A stretch of DNA of 62,910 nucleotides, counting the filler, from a bacterium (GTDB taxonomy: Bacteria > JBBIVP01): NCBI GenBank assembly GCA_037439705.1. It is 3 parts of 3 records of this genome, joined end to end, with 100 filler letters (N's around TTAATTAATTAA, not from the genome) between each part and the next. Parts side by side here need not be neighbours in the genome. Positions count along the whole stretch, not along the records: positions 42,315 to 62,910 come from JBBIVP010000015.1; 2 more parts are not named here. One strand, written 5' to 3'. Under the pieces are notes generated by a model, which made no database searches, was not told where the DNA came from, and saw only the letters and a program-made list of their open reading frames with translations. This document shows, in pieces, positions 47,645 through 57,937 of this stretch. Within the stretch, counting starts at the first letter, position 1. Every line of letters begins with the position of its first letter. A program made the position numbers and the translations under genes.

Positions 47645-50201
47645 GAATTATAACCCTTGGAGTTATGAAGACGACCAATTCTTTTGTCTCGTCTGTATAT
47701 GTGGTTTTTCTGAAAAGCCATCCTATAACGGGAATTTTTGAAAACCATGGAACACCCGCCATCGTTTTCGCTTTTGTAATTGTGTAAATACCTCCTATAA
47801 CAGCTGTTTCTCCATCCCTTATCAGAATTTCTGTAGATGCCTCCTTCTTGTCTATGCTTGGAACTCCTCCTGCACTGCGGATGGCTGTATTCGGAGCATT
47901 TTTCTCCGCTTTTATCTTCATAATAACTGTTCTGTCTGCTGTAACATGAGGGGTCACCTTCAAACTTAGGGTAGCATCTATGAACTGGGTCTGGGTTCCT
48001 GCCTGTGAAACAGTCTCAAATGGAATTGAAATTCCCTGTTTTATCTCTGCTTCTCTGTTATCAAGGGTTACAACCCTCGGACTTGATATCACCTTTCCTT
48101 CTCCTACAGCCTCCATTGCGCTCAATCTCAGGTCAAGAATGGCAGAATTGTTTAAACTTCCAAAGGTAAAACCTATACCACCACCGGTTCCGATTCCAAC
48201 GCTGGCTGGAAGGTTGACCACAAAATTTGGAACCTCTGCGCTTCCGACTTCTCTTGTTGGTCTTCCGGAGAGATCAGTAAATCCAGATACTCCTATGGTA
48301 TTCGGGAAATAAAGACCTGTTGGAGTTCCATAGCTTGGAGAGGCAGAAAACCTTCCTCCCCACTGCACGCCGATTTCCTTCGTGAAGTTTGTATTTGCCT
48401 CTACTATCCTTGCTTCTATAAGAACCTGAGGAGTCTGGAGGTCAAGGGTTCTGACGAGTTTTTCTGACTCATCAACGATTTTCCTCACATCCTTTACAAT
48501 TATAGTATTGGTCCTTGCATCAACCTGAATTGTTCCTCTTTCTGTAAGGAGTGGCTTAATCTGAGCACTTATTTCGCTGGCGGACGCATAGTTAACAGGA
48601 ATGAGCCTCGTTATAAGGGGCTCCTTCTTCTTCGTCTCTTCTATAAACTCAAGCCTCTCTTTTTCCTCTTTTCTCAATCTATCAAGAGGAGAGATTCTCA
48701 CCACATTTCCAACCCTAACCATTCCAAGGTTATTCGTTTGCAAAATGACATCAAGAGCCTGATCCCATGGAATGTTCTTCATTCTTACCGTCACATTTCC
48801 CTTTACATCGTCTGTTACAATTATGTTTAGTTTGCTGACCTCTGCTATGAGCCTGAAAACATCCCTTATATCCGCTTCCTTGAACTCAAGAGAAATTCTC
48901 ATTCCAGTATATCTTTTCTTCGCAATCATCTCAGGCGCCACCCCAACCTCAGGGGGGACTTCCTCTTCAACTTTCGGAGGAGGGGGAGCAACCGGTGGAG
49001 GAGTTGGAGTTGGGGTTGGGATTGGAGTAGGAGGTGGAGGGGAAGGAGGTACAACTTCAGGTGGTTTTTCCTCAACTTTTCTCACCTCGGCGATTACAGG
49101 TGGAACAATGATAGGACTCAAGGTTACCACGAGTTTATTTTCTTTCTTTTCAATCTCATATGGTGGAACATCTTCTGTTGGAACATCAAGAACGAATCTC
49201 ACCTTATCAGGATGTTGACCGAGCCTTACTTTTGAAATGAGTGGCGAACCAACATCTACAGTGGTGCTCGGATATAGATTTCCTACATCCATAATGTCCA
49301 CCACCAATCTCGGTGGATTTTGAAGCTTAAAAGCTGTGTAATCACCAATAGGACCGTTTCCGATGAATTCTATTGTTGTTTTTTCTCCCACTACGGAGGA
49401 TTTTATGTCAATTATCTTTGATGCCCTTTCAAGAACTGGAGGTGGAACAACCTCTGGGGCAGGAGGTGGAACTGCTTCAGTAACTTCTTCAGGCGCAGAA
49501 GGTGGGACCTCTTCCGCAACCTCCTCACGAGCAGGTGGGATTTCCTCTGGCTTAGGTCCTTGAGGAGGCGCTACTTCCTTAGTAACCTCTTCTGGCGCCT
49601 CTTCTGGCGCCTCTTCTGGCACCTCTTCTGGCGCCTCTTCTGGCACCTCTTCAACAACCTCTTCAACAACCTCTTCTGGGGCTTCCTCCACTACCTCCTT
49701 CTCGGGCTCTTCAGCCTCAACCTCCTCCTCCGCAGGTGCTTCCTCTTCTTCCAGTTCCTCTATTATTTCCTCTTCAGCCTGTGCGAACTTCTTCTTCAGT
49801 TTGGTAGGTGCAATCCACATTTTTATCTCATTCCCTTCCCTTTTAACCTCAAAGGATGGTGGAAGATTGGTTTTTATTTCAATCCTTCCCGATTTTCCAA
49901 GTTTTTGAATTTTAAGAGAATTTATGATACCACTTGATACATCTATAGCCGGTTTGATATAACGAACATCTGTATCTGTGAGGTCAAGAATTATTCTCCA
50001 TGGTTCAATCAACCTGAAAGCAGTGTAATTAGTGGGCTGTGTTCCTGAAACTAAAATCCTTGCTCCATTCTTATAGACCTGAACCTTAACCTTTTTTATG
50101 ATATTCCTTTTGAAGGTTATTTCTTTTTTCACAGTATGAGTAGCACATGAAAATCCCCCCACTATAAGAAAGGAAATAAGTGCTGTTCTCAATCTTCTCA
50201 T
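47637..50201 (-). CDS. pilQ: Type IV pilus secretin with two AMIN domains and Glu/Pro-rich linkers
   Basis: AMIN domains (NPPRLVVD), YTGMRISLEF, PWDQALD, QVLIEARIVE, GETAVIGG, ELVVFITPRV. Confidence 0.96.
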   Translation of the reverse strand: MRRLRTALISFLIVGGFSCATHTVKKEITFKRNIIKKVKVQVYKNGARILVSGTQPTNYTAFRLIEPWRIILDLTDTDVRYIKPAIDVSSGIINSLKIQKLGKSGRIEIKTNLPPSFEVKREGNEIKMWIAPTKLKKKFAQAEEEIIEELEEEEAPAEEEVEAEEPEKEVVEEAPEEVVEEVVEEVPEEAPEEVPEEAPEEAPEEVTKEVAPPQGPKPEEIPPAREEVAEEVPPSAPEEVTEAVPPPAPEVVPPPVLERASKIIDIKSSVVGEKTTIEFIGNGPIGDYTAFKLQNPPRLVVDIMDVGNLYPSTTVDVGSPLISKVRLGQHPDKVRFVLDVPTEDVPPYEIEKKENKLVVTLSPIIVPPVIAEVRKVEEKPPEVVPPSPPPPTPIPTPTPTPPPVAPPPPKVEEEVPPEVGVAPEMIAKKRYTGMRISLEFKEADIRDVFRLIAEVSKLNIIVTDDVKGNVTVRMKNIPWDQALDVILQTNNLGMVRVGNVVRISPLDRLRKEEKERLEFIEETKKKEPLITRLIPVNYASASEISAQIKPLLTERGTIQVDARTNTIIVKDVRKIVDESEKLVRTLDLQTPQVLIEARIVEANTNFTKEIGVQWGGRFSASPSYGTPTGLYFPNTIGVSGFTDLSGRPTREVGSAEVPNFVVNLPASVGIGTGGGIGFTFGSLNNSAILDLRLSAMEAVGEGKVISSPRVVTLDNREAEIKQGISIPFETVSQAGTQTQFIDATLSLKVTPHVTADRTVIMKIKAEKNAPNTAIRSAGGVPSIDKKEASTEILIRDGETAVIGGIYTITKAKTMAGVPWFSKIPVIGWLFRKTTYTDETKELVVFITPRVIIRE
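49586..49681. repeat. In-frame 12-bp tandem repeat (8 units) in the pilQ linker
   Basis: CCTCTTCTGGC(G/A) x5, CCTCTTCAACAA x2, CCTCTTCTGGGG; encodes PEEA/PEEV/VEEV. Confidence 0.9.
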
Positions 50202-50219
50202 CTCTTTACCTCCTTAAAA

Positions 50220-50711
50220 TTATTCTTTCATCTCTAAAACCACCTCGCCGGTGGTTATCTGTCCGTAGATGTCCTCATACTCTTCAACAATGTAAACTTT
50301 CTTTTCTGTTATTTTTGTTATTTTCCCATTATTTCTTCCTATTCTTGTTCCCTTTCCCACAATATATGTCTCCCCCTTGGGGTCTTTCACAATCGCCTTT
50401 GGCTCTTTCACATCCCATATTATTCCTACAAGTTCAAACTGAGCAACATTGTATTCCTCAAGTGGCGTTCTCAGCTCAGGACCACCTTCCTTCACACCCT
50501 TGAACAGAGGTTCAAATGGGTCTGTTTTTCCGAATGGTTCATAACGATATACACTCCGGACATCCGCAACTTCTTCCTTCTTTTCTTCCACTGCTACTTG
50601 AGTTTCTGTAACTAGTTTTCCTTTCTGAACAGCAGCGCCTTTTGTTTTTCCCTTACAGGAAATAACCACAAGAAAAGAAAATAACATTATCACCAAAACT
50701 GTTTTTTTCAT
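50220..50711 (-). CDS. pilP: Type IV pilus lipoprotein PilP
   Basis: Lipobox VISC, DPFEP, PLEEY, LVGIIW, IGRNNGKI. Confidence 0.93.
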   Translation of the reverse strand: MKKTVLVIMLFSFLVVISCKGKTKGAAVQKGKLVTETQVAVEEKKEEVADVRSVYRYEPFGKTDPFEPLFKGVKEGGPELRTPLEEYNVAQFELVGIIWDVKEPKAIVKDPKGETYIVGKGTRIGRNNGKITKITEKKVYIVEEYEDIYGQITTGEVVLEMKE

Positions 50712-51340
50712 CTCTTCCCCCCTTTTGGTGTGGGTCCGGTGGGTGCCGGGGATGGTTTGTATTTATAGGTCTCAAGCGAAATTTTCAAATTTAAAGTTAC
50801 ATTTCCCATCTTATCTTCTACAGGGGTTATTGAAAAGTCCACAGGTCTAACAATTCTTTCCATCTTCGCAACTTTATCAAGAAATAGTGCAACACTGTGA
50901 AATTTTCCGCTTATTTCTGCTTCAATTGGAACAGTGGAATAAAGCCCACCGCTCCCCGGAACTTCGTCTTTTGGTGCGAATTTTAGAAACTCCACATTTA
51001 CCTCTTTGCCTATGCTGGAGATACCAACAAACACCTTTTCAACCTCCGCTTCAGAAGGAAGTTTCTTTATGTATTCAGAAAGTTTGTTCTCCAGCTTTTC
51101 ATATTCCTGTTTTACCTTCTCAAGATTTGCGAGGGTCTGTTTTGCAGCCGTTAAATCACGGTCCAATTTATTTAGGCTCGCTTCCTTTGCAGCTATTTCT
51201 TTATTGGCAGGAAGATAAAGAAAAAAGATAGCAAAAATAATTACCACAAGAATTATGAAACCTGTAATCAACCACCTCTGGACAGGTGTCAACTTTTTAA
51301 TTGAATCCTTACTTATACCCAGTTCAAATTTAGGAGCCAT
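50708..51340 (-). CDS. pilO: Type IV pilus inner-membrane protein PilO
   Basis: TM plus coiled coil, LPSEAEV, GKFHSVALF, MERIV; operon position. Confidence 0.92.
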   Translation of the reverse strand: MAPKFELGISKDSIKKLTPVQRWLITGFIILVVIIFAIFFLYLPANKEIAAKEASLNKLDRDLTAAKQTLANLEKVKQEYEKLENKLSEYIKKLPSEAEVEKVFVGISSIGKEVNVEFLKFAPKDEVPGSGGLYSTVPIEAEISGKFHSVALFLDKVAKMERIVRPVDFSITPVEDKMGNVTLNLKISLETYKYKPSPAPTGPTPKGGKR

Positions 51341-51341
51341 C

Positions 51342-51929
51342 TTACCCTCCTGTCTTTGGTTTTTGAGGTTCCTCCACGCTTACATTCAGGTCAAATTCAA
51401 AATAGGAAAGCCCTTTTTCCTTTTTTGCGGTCACTCCGCGTAGGGAAACACTTTTGTAATAATTTGATTTCTCAAGGTTTTCAATAAAAAGGGCTATACT
51501 CTCCTGGTCCATAGAAACTCCCTTGATTGATATAAGACCTCCCTTTTTTGAAAAGGATTTCAGCTGAATTCTCTTTTTTATCCTTGATTCTGGATTGTAA
51601 GGAACGCTCTTCGCAAGTTCGTCAAGAAGAATGACATCCAGTTCTCTTCCCTGTGCAAGTGCTTCAATAATACCGAGTTTTTGTTCCACCTCCTTCTTCT
51701 TGTTTTCAAAGTCTTTGACATCTTTTATCTTTTTATCTAACTCCGCTATTTCCCTTTTTATTGTGTTTTCCTTTTCTGCCAATTCTTTGATTTTGCCTCT
51801 GAAATGAAGATATATGAGGGAAAGCGCAACTACCTCCACAGCGACTAATACAATGGTCAAAATTAACCATAACCTTATCTCCTCTTCCTTTCTCTTTTCT
51901 TTTACAGGAAGAAAATTAATCCTTATCAT
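51342..51929 (-). CDS. pilN: Type IV pilus protein PilN
   Basis: MIRINFLP PilM-binding motif, TM, coiled coil. Confidence 0.93.
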   Translation of the reverse strand: MIRINFLPVKEKRKEEEIRLWLILTIVLVAVEVVALSLIYLHFRGKIKELAEKENTIKREIAELDKKIKDVKDFENKKKEVEQKLGIIEALAQGRELDVILLDELAKSVPYNPESRIKKRIQLKSFSKKGGLISIKGVSMDQESIALFIENLEKSNYYKSVSLRGVTAKKEKGLSYFEFDLNVSVEEPQKPKTGG

Positions 51930-51944
51930 TTTTCACCCCATATT

Positions 51945-53015
51945 TTATTCATAAGGTTTTCTCATTGCCAGACCAACAGCAATGGAGAAAACTGAAGGAG
52001 TTTGTTCTATAAGAGTTGTATCAATCCCTTTAGATGGAACTATTATCTGAGCAAAGGGGTTAATTAGCTCAACCTCCAGTTCCGTTGCTTCTTTTATTGC
52101 CTCAACAAAACCTTTAAGAAGCGCTGTTCCACCCGAAATGGAAATTCTTGAAACATGAGTACCTTCAGGAAGTGTTCCAAAAATTCTTTTGAGGTCTTTA
52201 ACTATGCTATCTATAATTGCGCCTGTTGCTTCTTTGATGATTTTTTCAGCCTCTGGTGAAATTTCTTCTCCCTCTTTTCCATATTTCCTCTTTATTTCGT
52301 CTGCGTCTTCGTAATCAAACCCTAAATTCTTCTGAAGCTCTTCTGTTATTTGATTTCCCGCGTTTTTCGGCACATCTCTTACATAAAGGCTCTTGTCTCC
52401 CTTTATTATGTTCAGAAGATACATTGACGCACCTATGTCAAGTAGAGCGACAGTCTCGTCTTCAGAAGTTGAATAATTCAATCTGAAACAATTTTGCAAA
52501 GAAAACACATTATAATCAACTACAACCGGTTCATACCCTAATTCTTTTATGAGAGCCACATAGTTATTTACAAGGTCTTTCTTTGCAAATATAAGGGATA
52601 CCTCCATCTGTCCTTCTTCATGGATGGTATCAAGAATGACAAAATCCATATAAACTTCGTCTAACGTAAGTCCAGATGGGATATGCTGTTCTGCTTCCCA
52701 CTTTATGTGATTTTCGAACTCCTCCCTTGTCATGATCGGCACCTTTATTTTTTTGTGCATTACACCTGCATGTCCTCCAATACCTATAACCACATTTTTT
52801 GTCTTTGCCCTTTTTTCTTTCAACAATGTCCTTATTGCTTCTCCCACTCCAGCTGTGTTTATTATCTCTCCATCAACAATGGATTCAGGGGGTGTTCTTA
52901 TAATTCCGATGTTCTCCAATTTATAACCCTTGGATGTCTCGGAGAGTTCAACAAATTTTATTGAGTATGCACCTATATCAAGTCCGAATGCCCTGTTACT
53001 TTTAAATGGCCACAT
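51945..53015 (-). CDS. pilM: Type IV pilus actin-like protein PilM
   Basis: GLDIGAYSIK, WEAEQHIP, LLDIGA, SGGTA, INPF, AVGLAMR. Confidence 0.95.
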   Translation of the reverse strand: MWPFKSNRAFGLDIGAYSIKFVELSETSKGYKLENIGIIRTPPESIVDGEIINTAGVGEAIRTLLKEKRAKTKNVVIGIGGHAGVMHKKIKVPIMTREEFENHIKWEAEQHIPSGLTLDEVYMDFVILDTIHEEGQMEVSLIFAKKDLVNNYVALIKELGYEPVVVDYNVFSLQNCFRLNYSTSEDETVALLDIGASMYLLNIIKGDKSLYVRDVPKNAGNQITEELQKNLGFDYEDADEIKRKYGKEGEEISPEAEKIIKEATGAIIDSIVKDLKRIFGTLPEGTHVSRISISGGTALLKGFVEAIKEATELEVELINPFAQIIVPSKGIDTTLIEQTPSVFSIAVGLAMRKPYE

Positions 53016-53061
53016 TTATTCCCCCATTCTTTCTTTTCTTCCATAACCCCATTTTGCTATT

Positions 53062-53090
53062 ATTATAAGAAGTTTTTTTTTATTTGTCAA
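53062..53090 (-). promoter_or_regulatory. Consensus sigma70 promoter of the pilMNOPQ operon
   Basis: Minus strand TTGACA, 17-bp spacer, TATAAT (perfect consensus). Confidence 0.8.
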
Positions 53091-53157
53091 GTAGTTTTTT
53101 AAAATTTAGTTTTAACCTCCTATAAACTTGCATAGAAATTTAAATCTCCACAATTGT

Positions 53158-53186
53158 TTGAAAAAAAGAAGTTTGTTTACTATAAC
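53158..53186 (+). promoter_or_regulatory. Putative promoter of hemL
   Basis: TTGAAA, 17-bp spacer, TATAAC. Confidence 0.55.
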
Positions 53187-53209
53187 AAAGACAAAAAAGG
53201 GGTGAGATT

Positions 53210-54484
53210 ATGAAGAACCTTTCTCTTTTTGAAAGGGCTAAAAAAGTTATCCCGGGCGGTGTAAACAGTCCTGTCAGGGCTTTTGGAGCAGTAGGAGGAA
53301 ATCCTCCGTTTATAAAATGGGGATGTGGTTCAAAAATATACGATGAGGAAGGAAATGAATACATAGACCTTTTTATGTCATGGGGTCCCTTGATACTTGG
53401 ACATGGTAGAAAGGAAGTAATTCAGAAATTGACAGAGGCAGTGCTGAACGGAACTTCTTATGGTGCACCCACTGAGCTTGAGATATTGCTGGCAGAAGAA
53501 ATCATTGATTCCTTACCGTCCATAGAACTCATCAGATTCGTAAACTCTGGAACAGAAGCGGTCATGAGTGCGGTCCGGCTTGCAAGGGCATTCACAAAAA
53601 GGAAGTTTTTAGTAAAATTTGATGGATGCTATCACGGACATTCTGATTCCATGCTTGTAAGTGCGGGCTCAGGAGCATTAACATTTGGAATTCCATCAAG
53701 CCCGGGCGTACCCGAAGAAATAGCGGGATTAACCATTGTGCTTCCATACAACTCTTCCGAAGGAGTGAAGGAGTTATTTTCTAAAAGGGGTGAAGAAATT
53801 GCCTGTGTGATTGTTGAACCTGTGGCAGGAAATATGGGAGTGGTTCTTCCCGAAAAAGGTTTTCTTGAAACATTGAGAGATGAAACAAAAAAGTATGGAG
53901 CAATTCTTATCTTCGATGAAGTAATAACAGGCTTCAGAATTTCTGAAGGAGGAGCCCAAGGAGCTTTCAAGATAAGTCCCGATTTAACATGTCTCGGAAA
54001 AATAATAGGTGGAGGGCTTCCTGTCGGAGCCTATGGTGGAAAAAGAGAAATAATGGAAATGGTTTCACCATCAGGCCCCGTGTATCAGGCAGGGACTCTC
54101 TCCGGCAATCCCCTTGCAATGACAGCAGGGCTTGAAACAATTAGAATTCTAAAAAAGGAAAAGCTGTATGACATCCTTGAAGAAAGAACCAGAAAACTCG
54201 CAGGAGCGATAGGAAAAATTTTGAAAGAAAAAGGGATACCTCACTGGCTCAATCAAATTGCTTCTATGTTCACTATATTTTTCACAAATGAACAGGTCAA
54301 AGACCTGACCACCGCAAAAAAATCGGACATCACTCTTTTTAAGAAATTCTTCCATGCCCTTTTAAAAAGGGGAATATATCTCCCGCCATCTCAATTTGAA
54401 GCAATTTTTCTTTCTACTGCCCATACAGATGAGGATTTAGAAAAAATAATAAGCGCAGTTGAAGAGGCAGTGAAAGAGATTTAA
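53210..54484 (+). CDS. hemL: Glutamate-1-semialdehyde 2,1-aminomutase
   Basis: PGGVNSPVRAF, NSGTEA, GCYHGH, FDEVITGFR, GKIIGGGLPVGAYGG, YQAGTLSGNP. Confidence 0.97.
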   Translation: MKNLSLFERAKKVIPGGVNSPVRAFGAVGGNPPFIKWGCGSKIYDEEGNEYIDLFMSWGPLILGHGRKEVIQKLTEAVLNGTSYGAPTELEILLAEEIIDSLPSIELIRFVNSGTEAVMSAVRLARAFTKRKFLVKFDGCYHGHSDSMLVSAGSGALTFGIPSSPGVPEEIAGLTIVLPYNSSEGVKELFSKRGEEIACVIVEPVAGNMGVVLPEKGFLETLRDETKKYGAILIFDEVITGFRISEGGAQGAFKISPDLTCLGKIIGGGLPVGAYGGKREIMEMVSPSGPVYQAGTLSGNPLAMTAGLETIRILKKEKLYDILEERTRKLAGAIGKILKEKGIPHWLNQIASMFTIFFTNEQVKDLTTAKKSDITLFKKFFHALLKRGIYLPPSQFEAIFLSTAHTDEDLEKIISAVEEAVKEI

Positions 54485-54496
54485 AATAAATAAACA

Positions 54497-55800
54497 ATGA
54501 GGTATTTTGAAGCAGATTATATTGTTGTTGGAAGTGGTGCGGGTGGAGCAACTGTTGCGAGGGAACTGGTAAGGGGCAGAAAAAATGTCCTTATCCTTGA
54601 AAAAGGAAAATACCACAAAAGGGTCGGAAATCATTTTTCAGCCCTTCTCTATACTGACAGAATGAGTTTTTACTTCACGAAAGAGGGATTAAACATAATA
54701 AGGGGAATCACTGTAGGAGGCTCTACAATTCTTTACTGCGGGTCCTCCGCAGACCCTCCTGACTGGCTTGAAAAGAAGTACAATATAAACCTTAAAACAT
54801 ACGCTGAAGAAATAAAGAAGGAATTAAAGATCAAACCCCTCCCTGAAAGCCTTCTCGGAGAAGGAAGCATAAGAATTATGCAATCTGCTGAAAGGCTCGG
54901 ATTCAAATGGGAAGCAATTCCGAAGTTTATGAATCCTGAAAGGTGCAAAAGGAGATTCAGATGCTCTTCTTCGTGCATGGTAGGATGCTCGTGCGGTGCC
55001 AAGTGGACTGCAAGAGAGTTCATTGATGAATGTGTAAATAACGGTGCCAGACTTGTAACAAATTCAGATGTTTATTCTTTAATTATTAAGAACGGAAAGT
55101 GCATAGGAGTAAAGGGCACAATTGGAAAGGACGGATTTGAGGCAAGGGGAAAGGTGATTCTGTGTGCCGGCGGGATAGGAACAGCCATGATTCTGAGAAA
55201 TTCAGGAATAAGGGAAGCAGGTGACGGTTTTTCCCTTGACCCAACGCTCATAGTATATGGAATTCTTAAATCAGGAAATGGAAACTTCTACGACCCTCCA
55301 ATGACAGTTGGAAGCTATGAGTTTGAAAAAGAAGGATTTATGCTTTCAACACTTACCGATACATGGATGAGTTTTCCAATTCAATTGTTTCTAAAGAAAA
55401 AGAGAATGGTCTTTAAAGCGTTTAAAAAAAGAAAAATACTGGGAATAATGGTAAAAACAAAAGATGAACTTGCAGGAAGCATAGATATTGAAGGAAATAT
55501 CTCAAAACCATTGACGGATAATGATATGAAAAAAATTAACAGGGGTTNNNNNNNNNNNNNNNNNNNNNNGTGGAAGCCGGATGCGATCCCAGAAGTATTT
55601 TTCTTTCCCCTGTCCGTGGAACCCATCCTCAGGGAACAGCAAGAATTGGAGAGGTGGTGGATGAATGGGGCAAAGTTAAGGAAATTGACGACCTTTACCT
55701 TTCTGATGCTTCCTGGATTCCAGAAGCCCTTGACAGACCCATGGTTTTAACAATTATGTCGTTTTCAAAAAAATTGTCCGAAAAATTACTCGCAAAATAA
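54497..55800 (+). CDS. GMC-family FAD oxidoreductase (spans the N gap at 55548-55569)
   Basis: VGSGAGG, LEKG, GITVGGST, Cys cluster, CAGGIGT; after the gap THPQGTARIG, SDAS..P, P..LTIM. Confidence 0.88.
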
Positions 55801-55804
55801 TGTA

Positions 55805-56290
55805 ATGGTAATATATCGCTATCCAATCATTTTTCTTTTCTTCCTTTCCTGTGGATATGAACTCAGAAATTTTAAAAAGGTGGAAGAACTGGAAAACTTC
55901 AAACTTACTGTGGTAAACAGAACCCCTGAACCTGAACTGGAAATACTCATGGAAAAGGAAAGCCTTCGCCTTTTTGAAAGAGGAGGAATTAAAATAACTG
56001 ATGACGGAAAAAATTCAATATCCATTTACATCCTGTCATACGATGTCTCTCCATCACCCTTTTTCTCCGCAATAAGACCTGCCTACAGGGTTACCATGAA
56101 AGTAAGAGTTGCATTTGAAAGAAAAGAGAAAAAAAGGGAAAAGACCATTTCTCAGTATGAAGAGTATCTGAAAAGCGGAATTATCTCTTTTGACAGAGAA
56201 AATGAGGAGGACGCAAAGAATTCTATCGTAAAGTTCATCGCAGATGAGGTTTATGAGGAACTCATCAATTTTTTGAATGAAGAGAATTAA
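55805..56290 (+). CDS. lptE: LptE-like LPS assembly lipoprotein
   Basis: Lipobox LSCGY, NRTPEPELE; upstream of holA as is typical. Confidence 0.7.
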   Translation: MVIYRYPIIFLFFLSCGYELRNFKKVEELENFKLTVVNRTPEPELEILMEKESLRLFERGGIKITDDGKNSISIYILSYDVSPSPFFSAIRPAYRVTMKVRVAFERKEKKREKTISQYEEYLKSGIISFDRENEEDAKNSIVKFIADEVYEELINFLNEEN

Positions 56291-57221
56291 AGAAATAATT
56301 AATGAACTGAAAAGCGGTGAGATCCCGAGGATATGCCTCATTTCAACGGATGATAAAGGGCTTTTGACCTTTTTGATTGAAAGGTTCAAAACAGCAATAT
56401 CCTCAAAGCACGGAAATATGGAAATAATAGGATATGAATCCCCCTTTTTAGCCATTGATTCCGCAAGGAGTTTTTCACTTCTATCAAAGCCAAGACTGCT
56501 CATATCTGAGATAAAAACGAAGGAGATTGAAATTTTGAAAAAGAAACTGGAACTGGCAGGCAATACATATCTCATTTTTTCATCCGATTTTATACCTCAA
56601 AAAGAACTTTCAGATATTAAAAATTTAGCGATTTTCAACCTTAAAGAACTCTATGAAATTGAGATAAGGGAGATAATTGAAGAAATTATTTCCTTGTCAG
56701 GATATAAAATAACAGAAGAAGCGTTAAACCTTTTACTTTCCTTTTACAGCGGAAATTTTGGAGAAATTCTTAATGAGTGCGAGAAACTTATGAATTATGT
56801 AGGAGAAAGGAGGAATATAGAACAAAAGGATGTGCTTGAGGCAATTGTAGGAACATCAAGGGAGATAAATCCTGGGGAGGTTTTTCAAGTACTTATGAAT
56901 GGAGATAAAAAAATTTTCAAACTGACAACCTACTTGAAGGAACAGGCAAAAAAGAATGAAAACCTGTGGGTACTCCTTATCGGATACATAAACTCAAAAA
57001 TGAGAACCCTTCTTGAACTCAAAGAGCGTCTGAAAACGGAGAAATTGAAAACTGACCCCTTTCTTCTCACCCTTGCAAGAACATTAAAGTATCAAAAAAT
57101 TTATGAGATTTTTGACATATTGAGGGAATATGACATTCCAATAAAGTATGGATACATCCCGAGACACATACTTTTTGACAGACTCGTTCTCTCCATATTT
57201 TTAACCCTGGGATACATCTAA
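56277..57221 (+). CDS. holA: DNA polymerase III delta subunit (divergent)
   Basis: SFSLLSKPRL, ITEEALNLL, NECEKLMNYVG...IEQKDV; synteny with lptE. Confidence 0.75.
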   Translation: MKRIKEIINELKSGEIPRICLISTDDKGLLTFLIERFKTAISSKHGNMEIIGYESPFLAIDSARSFSLLSKPRLLISEIKTKEIEILKKKLELAGNTYLIFSSDFIPQKELSDIKNLAIFNLKELYEIEIREIIEEIISLSGYKITEEALNLLLSFYSGNFGEILNECEKLMNYVGERRNIEQKDVLEAIVGTSREINPGEVFQVLMNGDKKIFKLTTYLKEQAKKNENLWVLLIGYINSKMRTLLELKERLKTEKLKTDPFLLTLARTLKYQKIYEIFDILREYDIPIKYGYIPRHILFDRLVLSIFLTLGYI

Positions 57222-57230
57222 GCGCTCTTC

Positions 57231-57524
57231 TTACTTTTCAATTTCTACAAATTTCAAAATAATCTCCTTCTTTCTCAAAAGGTCGTAGTCCCTTCTTGCT
57301 ATCTTCTCAATATAGGAGTCATCTGAACTCAACTTATATACCTCTATTTCAAGTTTTTTCTTTTGAACCCTAAGGTTTTCAATCTCTGCATTAAGAGATT
57401 TTATTTGATGTTTCAATGTCCTGAACGCCCTTATACCATCCTTGGAAAAAAAACATTCAAGAATCAATATCGCGGAAAGGATGAAGGAAATGAAAATAAT
57501 AAATCTGGCAGTTTTTTTCTTCAT
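57231..57524 (-). CDS. ftsB: Septum formation initiator FtsB/DivIC family
   Basis: TM, leucine-zipper coil, YIEKIARRDYDL. Confidence 0.85.
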   Translation of the reverse strand: MKKKTARFIIFISFILSAILILECFFSKDGIRAFRTLKHQIKSLNAEIENLRVQKKKLEIEVYKLSSDDSYIEKIARRDYDLLRKKEIILKFVEIEK

Positions 57525-57925
57525 TCCTCTTTTGGAAGTGTGGCTATGGCGAGCTGAGAAAAACCGCTTCTCTTTGCAGCATCAAGAACCTCAACCACAA
57601 TTCCATGTTTGGCATCCGAATCAGCCTTTACTATGACCTTTTCGTATCCGTTACCTTTCAGAGAAGAAAAAATAGAATAGAGATTCTCGAGAGAAACTCT
57701 ATCCTTTTCTAAAAATATCTCTCCGTCTCTGGTTACAGAAACCTCTACCGATTTTGGGGTACTCAAAACCTCCCTTACACTTCCCTTAGGAAGATTTATT
57801 TTCAGCCCCGAAAGAGCGAGAAAATTTAAAGAAAGGGCAAAGAAAATCATAAGATTGAATACCGTGTCAACTACCGGGGTTATATCAATGGATATATCTC
57901 CCTTTCTTTCATTTCTAAATCTCAT
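57521..57925 (-). CDS. exbD: ExbD/TolR biopolymer transport protein
   Basis: DITPVVDTVFNLMIFF, INLP, VKADSDAKHG.VVEVLD. Confidence 0.92.
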   Translation of the reverse strand: MRFRNERKGDISIDITPVVDTVFNLMIFFALSLNFLALSGLKINLPKGSVREVLSTPKSVEVSVTRDGEIFLEKDRVSLENLYSIFSSLKGNGYEKVIVKADSDAKHGIVVEVLDAAKRSGFSQLAIATLPKEE

Positions 57926-57937
57926 TTTTAAATTATA

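Noticed and set aside
49586-49681. Tandem repeats as a CRISPR array
   Set aside because: They are 12-bp units with no spacers, in frame within pilQ, and no cas genes are present.
55548-55569. Apparent frameshift in the GMC oxidoreductase
   Set aside because: It coincides with an N gap of estimated length.
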